DNA of 44,766 nucleotides from Vectrevirus DIJ06P1. The stretch lies in sequence record OZ035817.1; one strand, given 5' to 3'. Positions 18,816-27,531 of this stretch are shown here, piece by piece. The notes under the pieces were generated by a model. It made no database searches, was not told the origin of the DNA, and worked only from the letters and a program-made list of their open reading frames with translations. The translations under genes and the position numbers were made by a program. Positions within the stretch are counted from its first letter, which is position 1, and each line of letters begins with the position of its first letter.

Positions 18816-21362
18816 ATGAAGACTATTGATTGGAAGAAGGAGGCAGAAGGTCGTATCCTCGTGATGGATGCGGAAGCTAAAGGACTCCTTGACGCTATCC
18901 GATATAGACACCGTGAAGATGTGCATATCATTTGCTGCATGGATTTGCTTACTACCGAGGAGTTTCTCTTCTTTGACCCGTATGAGATGCGTGACCCTGA
19001 AGCAAGAGAACGCCTGAAGGAATGGGAAGGTCATCAAGATGGAACCTTGGTTGACGGTGTTAACTTCCTGAAGCACTGTGAGGCTATTGTGTCGCAGAAC
19101 TTCCTAGGGTATGACGGTCTTCTCTTTGAGAAAGCATTCCCTGATATTTGGAAAGGCTTTAACTATACCGAGAAGCGCGGTAAGGGCAGACTCCGTGCTG
19201 ACCTGTGTCCTATCCGTGTTGTAGATACGCTGGTGATGAGTCGTCTGCTAAACCCAGATAGACGCCTTCCTCCGCAAGCATATGCCAAAGGCATGGGTAA
19301 CGTCGCCCCTCACTCAATTGAGGCGCACGGCATCCGTATAGGCCGCTATAAACCAGAGAACGAGGACTGGTCTAAACTAACTGACCACATGGTTCACCGT
19401 GTACGTGAAGACGTGGCAATTGGTCGTGACCTTTTCCTATGGCTTTACAACGGAGAGTGGACGGAGCACAAACGCCGTGGCGTGAATAAACGTACTGGCC
19501 TAGGTATTGAGACAGCCTTCCACATGGAGTCCATTGTGGCGCTGGAGATGAGCCGTCAGGCCGAGCGCGGGTTCCGTCTGGACATCGACAAGGCTTTGGC
19601 CCGATGCGAAGAATTGGACGCTAAAATTGACGAGACAGTCGCAGCGTTCCGCCCTCACATGCCTATGCGTATCAAGTCTAAACCTTTTAAACCGGAAGAA
19701 AAGAATGAAGTATGCCAACGCGCAAATGAGTATGGAGTTAGCAACAATATACCTACTGTCCTTGACCCCTCACACTTTCTTCATGCCGAGAGACGAGGAG
19801 ATCGCAAGACAGTATGGAGTGTCACTACTAAGTCTGGTGATTGGTCGGCTAGTGTCAAGAAAGACTTCCCTCACCTTAGAGGAAACCGTAATGACACGCC
19901 AAGCATCAAGTGGATTGGCGCTTACTCGCCTGTTACTTTCGAAGAGATTCCCTTGGGTAACAGGGATACAGTTAAGCAAGTGCTCTATGATTATGGATGG
20001 AAAGGTGTTGAATTTAACGATACCGAGCAAGCTCATCTCGATGAACACGGAGTGTTACCCAAACCTTGGAGTGGTAAGATAAATGAAAAGTCCCTTACTT
20101 TATGGCAAGAAAGAGCCGCACGTGAAGGTAAAACAGTCCCTGATTGGTGCTTGGGTATCGCTGCATGGTACATACTCGTATCCCGTCGTGGTCAGATACT
20201 CAACCGTGGTGACGTTGAAGCCTTCAACGAGAAGGGAACGTGGCCCTCGCAGGCTGGTGTACGAAAGTGTCGCGGCCTTGTACCTGTAGCATTCAACAAG
20301 GAGCTAGGAATCAATGCGCAGCAATACTACGAGAGGTATGGATATTGGCCTACGTCTGACAAAGATGACGGGGAGTGGCGTGTTCCAGCTGTTGCTATTA
20401 GTATTGGCACTTCTACGTTCCGTATGCGTCATCGTAACGTGGTTAATATTCCTGCCCGTGGCTTGTATCCTTTACGTGATTTATTCATAGCAGGGAAAGG
20501 CAAGCTAATCCTTGGTTGTGACGGTGCAGGTCTTGAACTGCGTGTCCTGTCTCACTTCATGAATGACCCTGAGTACCAAGAGATTGTACTGCACGGTGAT
20601 ATTCATACGCATAACCAGATGAAGGCTGGTCTTCCTAAGCGTGATATGGCGAAGACGTTTATATACGCCTTCCTCTATGGCTCTGGTATAGCCAACCTTG
20701 CAGCAGTATGTGGTGTTACTGAGGCGGAAATGAAGGAAGTTGTGGCAAGATTCGAGATTGAACTGCCGTCTCTTGCACGTCTTCGTGAGAATGTTATCGC
20801 ACAAGGTAACAAGTTTGGCTACCTGCAAGCACCTGATGGGCATTGGGGTCGCATCCGCATGTCTGGTGGTGAACTTAAAGAGCACACGATGCTTAACGTA
20901 TTACTCCAGATGACTGGCTCTTTGTGTATGAAATATGCATTAGTAAAGGCATTTGCAGTAATGCGCAAGGAAGGTGTAGCCTTGGATGCTATGGGAAATC
21001 CTTGTGGTGTGGCTAACGTGCATGATGAAATCCAGATGGAAGTTCCTGAAGAGGAGGTCTTGTATCTTAACTACGACCTACCTTTCACCTTAGATGGGTT
21101 CGAAACAGAGAAGGCTGCCGTGAAAGCAGTGTTCGATGCAGAGGAGAAACGTGTTCATGTGGATTCTGAAGGACGTATGTGGTCTGCTGCAAACCTCGTC
21201 AGTGTTGATGCTGATGCTGGTGTATTGCATTGCCAGCGCCGTTATCACCGTGCAGGGCATATCATTGCCGACGCCATGATTTGGGCTGGTCAGTATCTGA
21301 AGATGCGTTGCCCGATGGCAGGAGAATATAAGATTGGCACAAGTTGGAAGGAAACACACTGA
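18816..21362 (+). CDS. DNA polymerase (T7 gp5-like, family A)
   Basis: ATG at 18816 after AGAGG (ORF-track start 18789 also possible); blocks GLELRVLSHF and KTFIYAFLYGSG match family A motifs A and B. Confidence 0.9.
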   Translation: MKTIDWKKEAEGRILVMDAEAKGLLDAIRYRHREDVHIICCMDLLTTEEFLFFDPYEMRDPEARERLKEWEGHQDGTLVDGVNFLKHCEAIVSQNFLGYDGLLFEKAFPDIWKGFNYTEKRGKGRLRADLCPIRVVDTLVMSRLLNPDRRLPPQAYAKGMGNVAPHSIEAHGIRIGRYKPENEDWSKLTDHMVHRVREDVAIGRDLFLWLYNGEWTEHKRRGVNKRTGLGIETAFHMESIVALEMSRQAERGFRLDIDKALARCEELDAKIDETVAAFRPHMPMRIKSKPFKPEEKNEVCQRANEYGVSNNIPTVLDPSHFLHAERRGDRKTVWSVTTKSGDWSASVKKDFPHLRGNRNDTPSIKWIGAYSPVTFEEIPLGNRDTVKQVLYDYGWKGVEFNDTEQAHLDEHGVLPKPWSGKINEKSLTLWQERAAREGKTVPDWCLGIAAWYILVSRRGQILNRGDVEAFNEKGTWPSQAGVRKCRGLVPVAFNKELGINAQQYYERYGYWPTSDKDDGEWRVPAVAISIGTSTFRMRHRNVVNIPARGLYPLRDLFIAGKGKLILGCDGAGLELRVLSHFMNDPEYQEIVLHGDIHTHNQMKAGLPKRDMAKTFIYAFLYGSGIANLAAVCGVTEAEMKEVVARFEIELPSLARLRENVIAQGNKFGYLQAPDGHWGRIRMSGGELKEHTMLNVLLQMTGSLCMKYALVKAFAVMRKEGVALDAMGNPCGVANVHDEIQMEVPEEEVLYLNYDLPFTLDGFETEKAAVKAVFDAEEKRVHVDSEGRMWSAANLVSVDADAGVLHCQRRYHRAGHIIADAMIWAGQYLKMRCPMAGEYKIGTSWKETH

Positions 21363-21478
21363 TGGATAGGCTTGACATTGTTTGCCTGTTCTTCACTTTC
21401 TTTCTTACACTCCTTATGCTTGCTTGTTATGGGAGTGTGAGACTAGATGTACCTGATGAAGAAGAGGGTTACGACTAA
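21362..21478 (+). CDS. tiny membrane peptide, 38 aa
   Basis: ATG overlaps the polymerase stop (TGATG); hydrophobic core; below the ORF-track cutoff. Confidence 0.25.
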   Translation: MDRLDIVCLFFTFFLTLLMLACYGSVRLDVPDEEEGYD

Positions 21479-21576
21479 TGCAAACTGCTTTTATTATTCT
21501 TGGTATCGTATTATTTATGGTAGTACTCTGGGCCTTCTCTGGCATTGACCCGGATTGTGATGGTAACTACGACTGA
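21478..21576 (+). CDS. tiny membrane peptide, 32 aa
   Basis: ATG overlaps the preceding stop (TAATG); hydrophobic core IILGIVLFMVVLWAF. Confidence 0.25.
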   Translation: MQTAFIILGIVLFMVVLWAFSGIDPDCDGNYD

Positions 21577-21633
21577 GTTATACTCAAGGTCACTTACGAG
21601 TGGCCTTTATGAATAACTTAACTGGAGAGTATT

Positions 21634-21894
21634 ATGATTAAATCACAGAAGTATTTCTCAACTAAAGATCGTAAGGTAGGTTTTGAAATCAAAGTTTGGG
21701 AAGACGGACACATTACTATTATTTACGAAGGTAAAGGTTCTAATGGTATGATGCTACGTAGATGCCGTACATTCACAAAGAAAGAATGTATGCATATGTC
21801 TGAATGCATGTTTCTTTACATCATTGCTGATGATATTAAAGGTATGAAGCTAATTGTATCTCTACCTTTAATACCTAAATCTTTGTTAGGTTGA
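21634..21894 (+). CDS. hypothetical protein
   Basis: 86-aa ORF, AT-rich. Confidence 0.45.
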   Translation: MIKSQKYFSTKDRKVGFEIKVWEDGHITIIYEGKGSNGMMLRRCRTFTKKECMHMSECMFLYIIADDIKGMKLIVSLPLIPKSLLG

Positions 21895-21918
21895 TTTACT
21901 GGACACTATAGAAGGAAA
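21894..21918 (+). promoter_or_regulatory. SP6-type phage RNAP promoter
   Basis: ATTTACTGGACACTATAGAAGGAAAG; followed by a TAGGT-repeat leader. Confidence 0.75.
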
Positions 21919-21980
21919 GCCTAGGTAATCTAGGTTTATAAGGTAGTATGGGTAATTAAGTAAATATAGGAGATATAAAT

Positions 21981-22358
21981 ATGTCAATGGTAACTACTCT
22001 GGTATTTGTAGCTCAATACTTTCGTGGTCTGGCTAATAAGTTCAAATCCAAGGCTATCAAAGCTATTGAGTCTCGCATCGAGGCAGTACAGGCAGAGCAA
22101 GTTAAAGTTGAAGAACATCGTAGTTCTCAAATGATTGACTGTCATAACCGCTACTATGCATCTCGTGATGAACTAAATGCACGTCAAGTCAAAGAGGTAG
22201 AAGATATGCTGGCACGTCACCAGCAAGAGCGTGACAGCCTGAAAGCTGAATTTGAAGAGAACAAGGCATCAATTGCTCTTGTAAATCAAGCTGCATCTGA
22301 CAGCCTGAAGAAAGAGATTGTTATGCTGGAAATAGAACTGGACAACTTGTCTAAATAA
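21981..22358 (+). CDS. hypothetical coiled-coil protein
   Basis: ATG after AGGAG; hydrophobic N-terminus then heptad-like charged region. Confidence 0.5.
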   Translation: MSMVTTLVFVAQYFRGLANKFKSKAIKAIESRIEAVQAEQVKVEEHRSSQMIDCHNRYYASRDELNARQVKEVEDMLARHQQERDSLKAEFEENKASIALVNQAASDSLKKEIVMLEIELDNLSK

Positions 22359-22364
22359 GGGGTT

Positions 22365-22664
22365 ATGATGGAAGAAGTGATTCAAGCTAAACATGTAGGT
22401 ATCATCTTTCGTGATCTAGAGCAGCGTAAAGTTGCAGGTCACACTCGTCTGGCTAAAGAATACGATACAGCAATCACTACTGTGGAACAAGCAGATGCCT
22501 ATCGTGGTCCAGAGTTTACTCAAGGTGAAACTTGTCATCAATTGAGCCTTTCACTTTGTGACACTATGGCTAGTGTAAATGTACAAGAGGTTGAAGATGG
22601 TGAATGTGTTAGTTATGTCTACCCTCTCGACACTATTGCACGTATTAAGGTAGTTCATAAGTAA
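22365..22664 (+). CDS. hypothetical protein
   Basis: 99-aa ORF. Confidence 0.5.
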   Translation: MMEEVIQAKHVGIIFRDLEQRKVAGHTRLAKEYDTAITTVEQADAYRGPEFTQGETCHQLSLSLCDTMASVNVQEVEDGECVSYVYPLDTIARIKVVHK

Positions 22665-22686
22665 TTACTGGACACTATAGAACAAT
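22664..22686 (+). promoter_or_regulatory. SP6-type phage RNAP promoter
   Basis: ATTACTGGACACTATAGAACAATAGG, overlapping the upstream stop codon. Confidence 0.7.
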
Positions 22687-22741
22687 AGGTCGGCTTAGTT
22701 CGGCCTATGATTGTGTAGTGTAACAATAGGAGACTAAATAA

Positions 22742-23548
22742 ATGGCACGTGGTGATTTTGATTTTGGTGCTCAGGTTACTAAAGCTGAAGGTAAAGTATT
22801 TAAGAACCCTGAAGTTGGTGATCATGAAGCAGTAATCTCTGGCATCATTCATGTTGGTTCCTTCCAAGATATCTTTAAGAAAGGTAATACCACTGAAGTT
22901 AAGAAGCCAGCAAACTTTGTTCTTGTTAAGATTATCCTGATGGGTGACGACGATAAGAATGAAGATGATTCTCGCATGGAACAATGGATGGCTGTGCCTC
23001 TGAAGTCTGGTGATAAGGCAACACTGACTAAGTTCCTGAATGCAGTTGACCCTAAAGAGTTGCTGGGTGGCTTCGATGATTTTATCGGTGAATGTCTGAC
23101 TGCAACTATGGTTGGCTCTGGCGACAAGAATGATGATGGTACTTTCAAGTATGTTAACTGGAAAGGCTTTGGCGGTATGCCTGATAAGTTGAAGAAGCTT
23201 GTACTGGCTCAGGTAGAAGAGGAAGGTCTGTCTATGACAGGTCATATCACCTTCGACAAGCTGACCAAAGAAATCCTTGATGACATCCCAGCTAACTTGG
23301 TACGTCAATACTTCCTGAACGAGACACCTCGTGGTAAGAACCTGTCTGTTGCTGGCTCTCACGTAGAAGCTATTATCAAAGCTGCTCGTGAAGAAGACCC
23401 TGAATGGAAGAAGGCTAAGAAGAAAGACGAGGAAGATGCTACCCCAGCTAATCGTAAATCTCTGGATACTGGTGAGTCTGTTCCACAGGAAGTACCTGAA
23501 GCAGAAGATACTCCTGCACCGGAGATGGATGAGGACGCGGAATATTAA
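22742..23548 (+). CDS. acidic protein, possible ssDNA-binding protein
   Basis: ATG after AGGAG; 268 aa; acidic C-terminal tail ending EMDEDAEY, like the T7 gp2.5 tail; fold not verifiable by eye. Confidence 0.35.
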   Translation: MARGDFDFGAQVTKAEGKVFKNPEVGDHEAVISGIIHVGSFQDIFKKGNTTEVKKPANFVLVKIILMGDDDKNEDDSRMEQWMAVPLKSGDKATLTKFLNAVDPKELLGGFDDFIGECLTATMVGSGDKNDDGTFKYVNWKGFGGMPDKLKKLVLAQVEEEGLSMTGHITFDKLTKEILDDIPANLVRQYFLNETPRGKNLSVAGSHVEAIIKAAREEDPEWKKAKKKDEEDATPANRKSLDTGESVPQEVPEAEDTPAPEMDEDAEY

Positions 23549-23557
23549 GGAGAAAGG

Positions 23558-23776
23558 ATGAAAGTACAAATCGTAACCCTGCACTGCAAGAAAGGAATTA
23601 CAACTCTTGGCGGCAACACTTTTCACTCCTTCTCTGAGGGGGGCACATATGCCGACCTGCACTACATCTGGCGCGACGGACAGCACGTGGTGAACTACAG
23701 CGACCCAGCTACGGGGAAACGCCACGGCGTATCGCTTCCGGCGCATGACATTGCTCAGGTGAACACAGTTTTATAA
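23558..23776 (+). CDS. hypothetical protein, GC-rich compositional outlier
   Basis: 72-aa ORF after AAGGAG; noticeably GC-richer with GCG/CGC/GGC codons unlike its neighbours. Confidence 0.45.
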   Translation: MKVQIVTLHCKKGITTLGGNTFHSFSEGGTYADLHYIWRDGQHVVNYSDPATGKRHGVSLPAHDIAQVNTVL

Positions 23777-23777
23777 A

Positions 23778-23793
23778 GTCTCACGTGTGAGAC
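23778..23793. repeat. palindrome GTCTCA-CGTG-TGAGAC, copy e
   Basis: Reverse-orientation version of copies a and d; 16 nt upstream of the promoter at 23809. Confidence 0.7.
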
Positions 23794-23808
23794 AAATCGG
23801 TGTCCGGT

Positions 23809-23832
23809 ATTTACTGGACACTATAGAAGAGA
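23809..23832 (+). promoter_or_regulatory. SP6-type phage RNAP promoter
   Basis: ATTTACTGGACACTATAGAAGAGAAG. Confidence 0.75.
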
Positions 23833-23881
23833 AGAATTTTAATCGGCGATAATGCCATAACCAACAAAAGGAGAATTTAAT

Positions 23882-24253
23882 ATGTTCAAGATTGAAACTA
23901 TCGTAAACCGTGTTGTTAAAGGTGCTGCTCTGGTATCCGTTGAGTCTTTCATTATCGTCGATGAAGCTGATCAACTGGTAGCTGGTACTAAGGCTTACGA
24001 TACCCGTGAAGAAGCTCAGGCTAAGATTGACAGCATGGGTAACTTCGCTGCTGGTCTGGAGTTCGCTCGTGCTTGCTTCCCTGAGCAGGCTGACAAAGCC
24101 CAGATCGGTAAGGCTAACATCGTAGCTGAATATCTGGATTGGATTGCTGCTGGTAAACCAGTGAAAGAAGTTAAAGCTGCTGAAGAAGCTGAAGCTCCGG
24201 CAGTAGAAGAAACCAAAGCAGAAGAAGTACTGTCTGCTGAAGAAGAATTTTAA
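23882..24253 (+). CDS. small acidic protein in a promoter-terminator cassette (function unknown)
   Basis: ATG after AAAGGAG; 123 aa; strongly biased codons; C-terminus ends SAEEEF; followed directly by a terminator. Confidence 0.6.
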   Translation: MFKIETIVNRVVKGAALVSVESFIIVDEADQLVAGTKAYDTREEAQAKIDSMGNFAAGLEFARACFPEQADKAQIGKANIVAEYLDWIAAGKPVKEVKAAEEAEAPAVEETKAEEVLSAEEEF

Positions 24254-24259
24254 TTGATG

Positions 24260-24293
24260 CCCTGTCTGCCTTAGTGTAGGCAGGGTCTTTTGC
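24260..24293 (+). terminator. intrinsic terminator
   Basis: CCCTGTCTGC - loop - GTAGGCAGGG followed by TCTTTTG; sequence-related to the terminator after the capsid gene. Confidence 0.6.
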
Positions 24294-24317
24294 GTAATAG
24301 TTATTGGAGAATGAATT

Positions 24318-24590
24318 ATGCCGACTATTGAATCTCGAATTACAATGGACATTAGCTACAATGCAATCACCAGACAATACATTGGGGTGGCCTATGATTA
24401 CAAAACTGGTGAGAAGCTAGTGGAGGTGAGACAATGGGATGACTATTGGTTAAGACAGAACCTCCATGATGCGGTGTCCTCCTTCTTGAAGGAGTGGCCT
24501 ACATGCGACCAAACTTCGACTTCGGAGCTACAGTATCGGAAGACAATAATCTCATCCTGTGGCCAACTGAAGGTAATAGAATCGCTTTAA
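24318..24590 (+). CDS. hypothetical protein (3' end overlaps exonuclease gene)
   Basis: ATG after GGAG; the last 88 nt overlap the exonuclease ORF in another frame. Confidence 0.3.
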   Translation: MPTIESRITMDISYNAITRQYIGVAYDYKTGEKLVEVRQWDDYWLRQNLHDAVSSFLKEWPTCDQTSTSELQYRKTIISSCGQLKVIESL

Positions 24591-25531
24591 TAGATGCTGA
24601 TATGCTACCCTACATCGTAGCTTATACAATCAGTGACATGACTTATGTGCGAGCCACAACTCGTGTTAAGTCAGGACAAGTCCCATCAATCAAAGATACA
24701 CCTGAGTGTAAGCAAGCGTGTGACCGTGTGAACTCCTTGCTTAACTCTTGGGTATACGCAGCAGAGTGCGATGCAGCTAAGTTATTCATGACGAAATCAG
24801 AAGCTAACTTCCGTGTTCGCCTAGCCTTCACCAAGCCTTATAAGGGTCAACGTAAGACCGAGAAGCCTCCGTTCTTCTGTGAATTGCGAGAGCATCTCTT
24901 AGAGGTTCATGGTGCAATCTTGGCAGATGGAGAAGAGGCTGATGACCTCATGAGCATTGCACAATGGGACAGCCACCGCCGCTTCCAGCAAGATACAGGT
25001 AACGAGTTCCCTATCGGTAGTCCAGAGCATAAAGCATTCTCTGATACTTGCATCGTTTCCTTAGATAAGGATTTGATGATTGTTCCCGGTTGGCATCTTC
25101 AGCCGGGTCAAGAGAAGAAATGGGTAGAGCCTATGGGTTGGCTTGAGTTACGCCGTAAGGCTAATGGTCAGGTTAAAGACCTTAAAGGTGCTGGCCTCAT
25201 GTTTCATTATGCACAGATGATTATCGGTGATGATATTGATAACTATGCTGGCATACCTGGACGTGGTGCTAAATACGCCTATGATCTTCTCAAAGATTGT
25301 AAGACAGAGAAAGAGTTGTACATGGCAGTGCTTGGTGCTTACAAGGCTAAGTTCGGACATGGACAAGTTAAGATTAAGAATTACCGAGGTGGTTATCGTA
25401 TCGGCAAGGCTTTTGACCTGATGCTCGAATGTGGTCGCCTAGCTCACATGGCAAGATTCAAAGGTGATATATGGCGAGCCGATAAGAACCCAATCTTGTG
25501 GGGAGATGATGCGGAATGGTTAGCAAATTAA
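24503..25531 (+). CDS. 5'-3' exonuclease (T7 gp6-like, FEN family)
   Basis: ATG at 24503 after GAAGGAG (GTG at 24494 possible); N-terminal IALIDADMLPYIVAY and central acidic clusters typical of FEN-type nucleases. Confidence 0.8.
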   Translation: MRPNFDFGATVSEDNNLILWPTEGNRIALIDADMLPYIVAYTISDMTYVRATTRVKSGQVPSIKDTPECKQACDRVNSLLNSWVYAAECDAAKLFMTKSEANFRVRLAFTKPYKGQRKTEKPPFFCELREHLLEVHGAILADGEEADDLMSIAQWDSHRRFQQDTGNEFPIGSPEHKAFSDTCIVSLDKDLMIVPGWHLQPGQEKKWVEPMGWLELRRKANGQVKDLKGAGLMFHYAQMIIGDDIDNYAGIPGRGAKYAYDLLKDCKTEKELYMAVLGAYKAKFGHGQVKIKNYRGGYRIGKAFDLMLECGRLAHMARFKGDIWRADKNPILWGDDAEWLAN

Positions 25532-25926
25532 AATCATCGGAGGTAGCAGCTTATAAGAGGGAATTGCTAGAGAAGCAAGGGTGGAAGTGCCCACTATGTG
25601 GCGGCAGTCTCAAGGCTGTTACTCCTATAAACCGTGTACTTGACCATGACCATGAGACAGGATTCTGCCGTGCTGTTGTATGCCGAGGCTGCAATGGTGC
25701 AGAAGGAAAGATTAAGGGTGTTATCTCTGGTTACGGTAAGGCTGGTAACAACCGTTACTTCCAGCTTCAATGGTTAGAGCGACTATATGAATACTGGAAG
25801 TTACATAGTACGCCTCAGACAGATAAGTTATATCACAAACATCAAACGGAGGCAGAGAAGCGCGAGGCTAAGAACCGTAAGGTACGCCTTGCTTATGCAA
25901 GAAAGAAGGAGGTTAAAGTTGGGTAA
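25516..25926 (+). CDS. endonuclease VII-like junction-resolving nuclease
   Basis: CPLCG...LDHDHETG...CRGCNGAEG matches the Zn-binding and H-N-H-like core of T4 endonuclease VII as I recall it. Confidence 0.75.
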   Translation: MVSKLKSSEVAAYKRELLEKQGWKCPLCGGSLKAVTPINRVLDHDHETGFCRAVVCRGCNGAEGKIKGVISGYGKAGNNRYFQLQWLERLYEYWKLHSTPQTDKLYHKHQTEAEKREAKNRKVRLAYARKKEVKVG

Positions 25927-26926
25927 GCTTCGCAGCTTGTACAAAGACTCCGAGGTACTTGATGCAATCGAGCAAGCTACCGACGAGAAAGGTAATGTTA
26001 ATTACAATGAGATGGCACGTGTATTATCGTGTCACCCTGTGGGTAAGAAGATTACCCGCCAGTTGGCTCGATACTGGCATGGTCAATTCAAGAAGACCAA
26101 GAAGAATGGTGATTATTACCAGACCCTTCTGCAAGAAGATAAGCGTATCAAAGAAGAGCGTAAGCTCAGGACTCCTGACCGCTACGAGGATTTGGCTATT
26201 GTTCCATTGCCTGACTCGCCTCATCGAAGTGTACTGGTGATACCTGATACTCATGCACCTTATGAGCACCCAGATACCCTAGAGTTCCTTGCAGCCGTGG
26301 CAGCACGTTACCGTCCAGACACAGTGGTACACCTAGGAGATGAGGCAGACAAACATGCCTTGTCATTCCACGATTCGGACCCAAATCTGGATAGTGCTGG
26401 CATGGAGTTGGAGAAGGCTCGTATCTTCATGCACAAATTGCACAAGATGTTCCCTGTGATGCGCCTGTGTCACTCCAACCACGGCTCTATGCACTTCCGT
26501 AAGGCAAGCGCCAAGGGCATCCCTGTGCAATACCTGCGCACCTACCGTGAAGTTTTCTTCCCGCAGGGAGGTGGCGACCAGTGGGATTGGCAGCATACGC
26601 ACGTCCTTGAGTTGCCGAATGGTGAACAAGTGGCATTCAAGCATCAACCTGCTGGCTCTGTCCTAGCAGATGCAGCGCATGAGCGTATGAACCTGGTGTG
26701 TGGTCACTTGCACGGTAAGATGTCTGTGGAGTACGCACGTAATACACATGAACAGTATTGGGCTGTGCAGGGTGGCTGCTTAATTGATGAGTCATCCCGT
26801 GCATTTGCCTATGGGCGTGAGTCTAAATACAAGCCAGCATTAGGTTGTGTGGTTATTCTGGAAGGTGTGCCTCATATTGTCCCGATGCAAACCAATAGCG
26901 ACAACCGTTGGATTGGCAAGATTTAG
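25919..26926 (+). CDS. calcineurin-like metallophosphoesterase
   Basis: Probable TTG start 6 nt after AAGGAGG; motifs IPDTHAP, HLGDEAD, SNHG, CGHLHG match the phosphoesterase metal-binding series. The ORF-track start at 25787 is an upstream extension. Confidence 0.65.
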   Translation: MGKLRSLYKDSEVLDAIEQATDEKGNVNYNEMARVLSCHPVGKKITRQLARYWHGQFKKTKKNGDYYQTLLQEDKRIKEERKLRTPDRYEDLAIVPLPDSPHRSVLVIPDTHAPYEHPDTLEFLAAVAARYRPDTVVHLGDEADKHALSFHDSDPNLDSAGMELEKARIFMHKLHKMFPVMRLCHSNHGSMHFRKASAKGIPVQYLRTYREVFFPQGGGDQWDWQHTHVLELPNGEQVAFKHQPAGSVLADAAHERMNLVCGHLHGKMSVEYARNTHEQYWAVQGGCLIDESSRAFAYGRESKYKPALGCVVILEGVPHIVPMQTNSDNRWIGKI

Positions 26927-26945
26927 TTGACACTATAGAACAAAG
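26921..26945 (+). promoter_or_regulatory. SP6-type phage RNAP promoter
   Basis: ATTTAGTTGACACTATAGAACAAAGGG; closest to the canonical SP6 sequence; overlaps the upstream stop codon. Confidence 0.7.
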
Positions 26946-27026
26946 GGCTAGGTAAGACTTTATCGGCTGGCGTATCCAAATGATATTGCACTAGCCCTTG
27001 ATTGTATAGTGAATGGAGGATTCAAT

Positions 27027-27530
27027 ATGTCACACTATGAATGTAAGAAGTGTCATAAGCGTTATGATTACTGTACTTGTGGTCAAGAGAAAACATCTTT
27101 TAAAGTTGGAGACAAGGTATTTCGTAATGAAAAAGATTCTATTCCTTGGAATCAATACTGCAAAGAAGCTGGTATTGACCCTGATAGCCCTGTAACCATA
27201 GATGATATTGATGGCATTAACTTGTGCTTTCGTGAGGTGAGGGGTACAGGTTGGGATTCCAAAAAATTCAAACTTGCATCTGATAAGTTAGACAACAATA
27301 TGGTAACTCAGCCTAAGCACTACGAGTTCTTTGATGGTGTAGAGGCAATCACTATCATTGCCCGCAGTATGACTGAAAAGCAATTCGCTGGGTACTGCAT
27401 GGGTAATGCCCTTAAGTATCGCCTGCGTGCAGGTAAGAAGTTCAATACTGAAGAAGACTTGAAGAAGGCAGACTATTATAAAGAGTTATTCCAGAAGCAT
27501 CGTCACGAATGTATTGATGAGGATATTTAA
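27027..27530 (+). CDS. Zn-ribbon protein with DUF3310-like C-terminal domain
   Basis: ATG at 27027 after GGAGG; N-terminal CKKCHKRYDYCTC; C-terminal PKHYEF...GNALKYRLRAGKK...EDLKKADYY pattern; AT-rich gene. Confidence 0.5.
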   Translation: MSHYECKKCHKRYDYCTCGQEKTSFKVGDKVFRNEKDSIPWNQYCKEAGIDPDSPVTIDDIDGINLCFREVRGTGWDSKKFKLASDKLDNNMVTQPKHYEFFDGVEAITIIARSMTEKQFAGYCMGNALKYRLRAGKKFNTEEDLKKADYYKELFQKHRHECIDEDI

Positions 27531-27531
27531 T

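Noticed and set aside
22655-23746. 363-aa ORF on the minus strand
   Set aside because: Antisense to several well-supported + strand genes; translation is Cys/Phe/Leu/Ser-rich low-complexity with no RBS. All credible genes in this genome are on the + strand.
25787-26926. Long version of the phosphoesterase ORF starting at 25787
   Set aside because: The upstream extension overlaps endonuclease VII in another frame; a TTG at 25919 directly after AAGGAGG is the likelier start.
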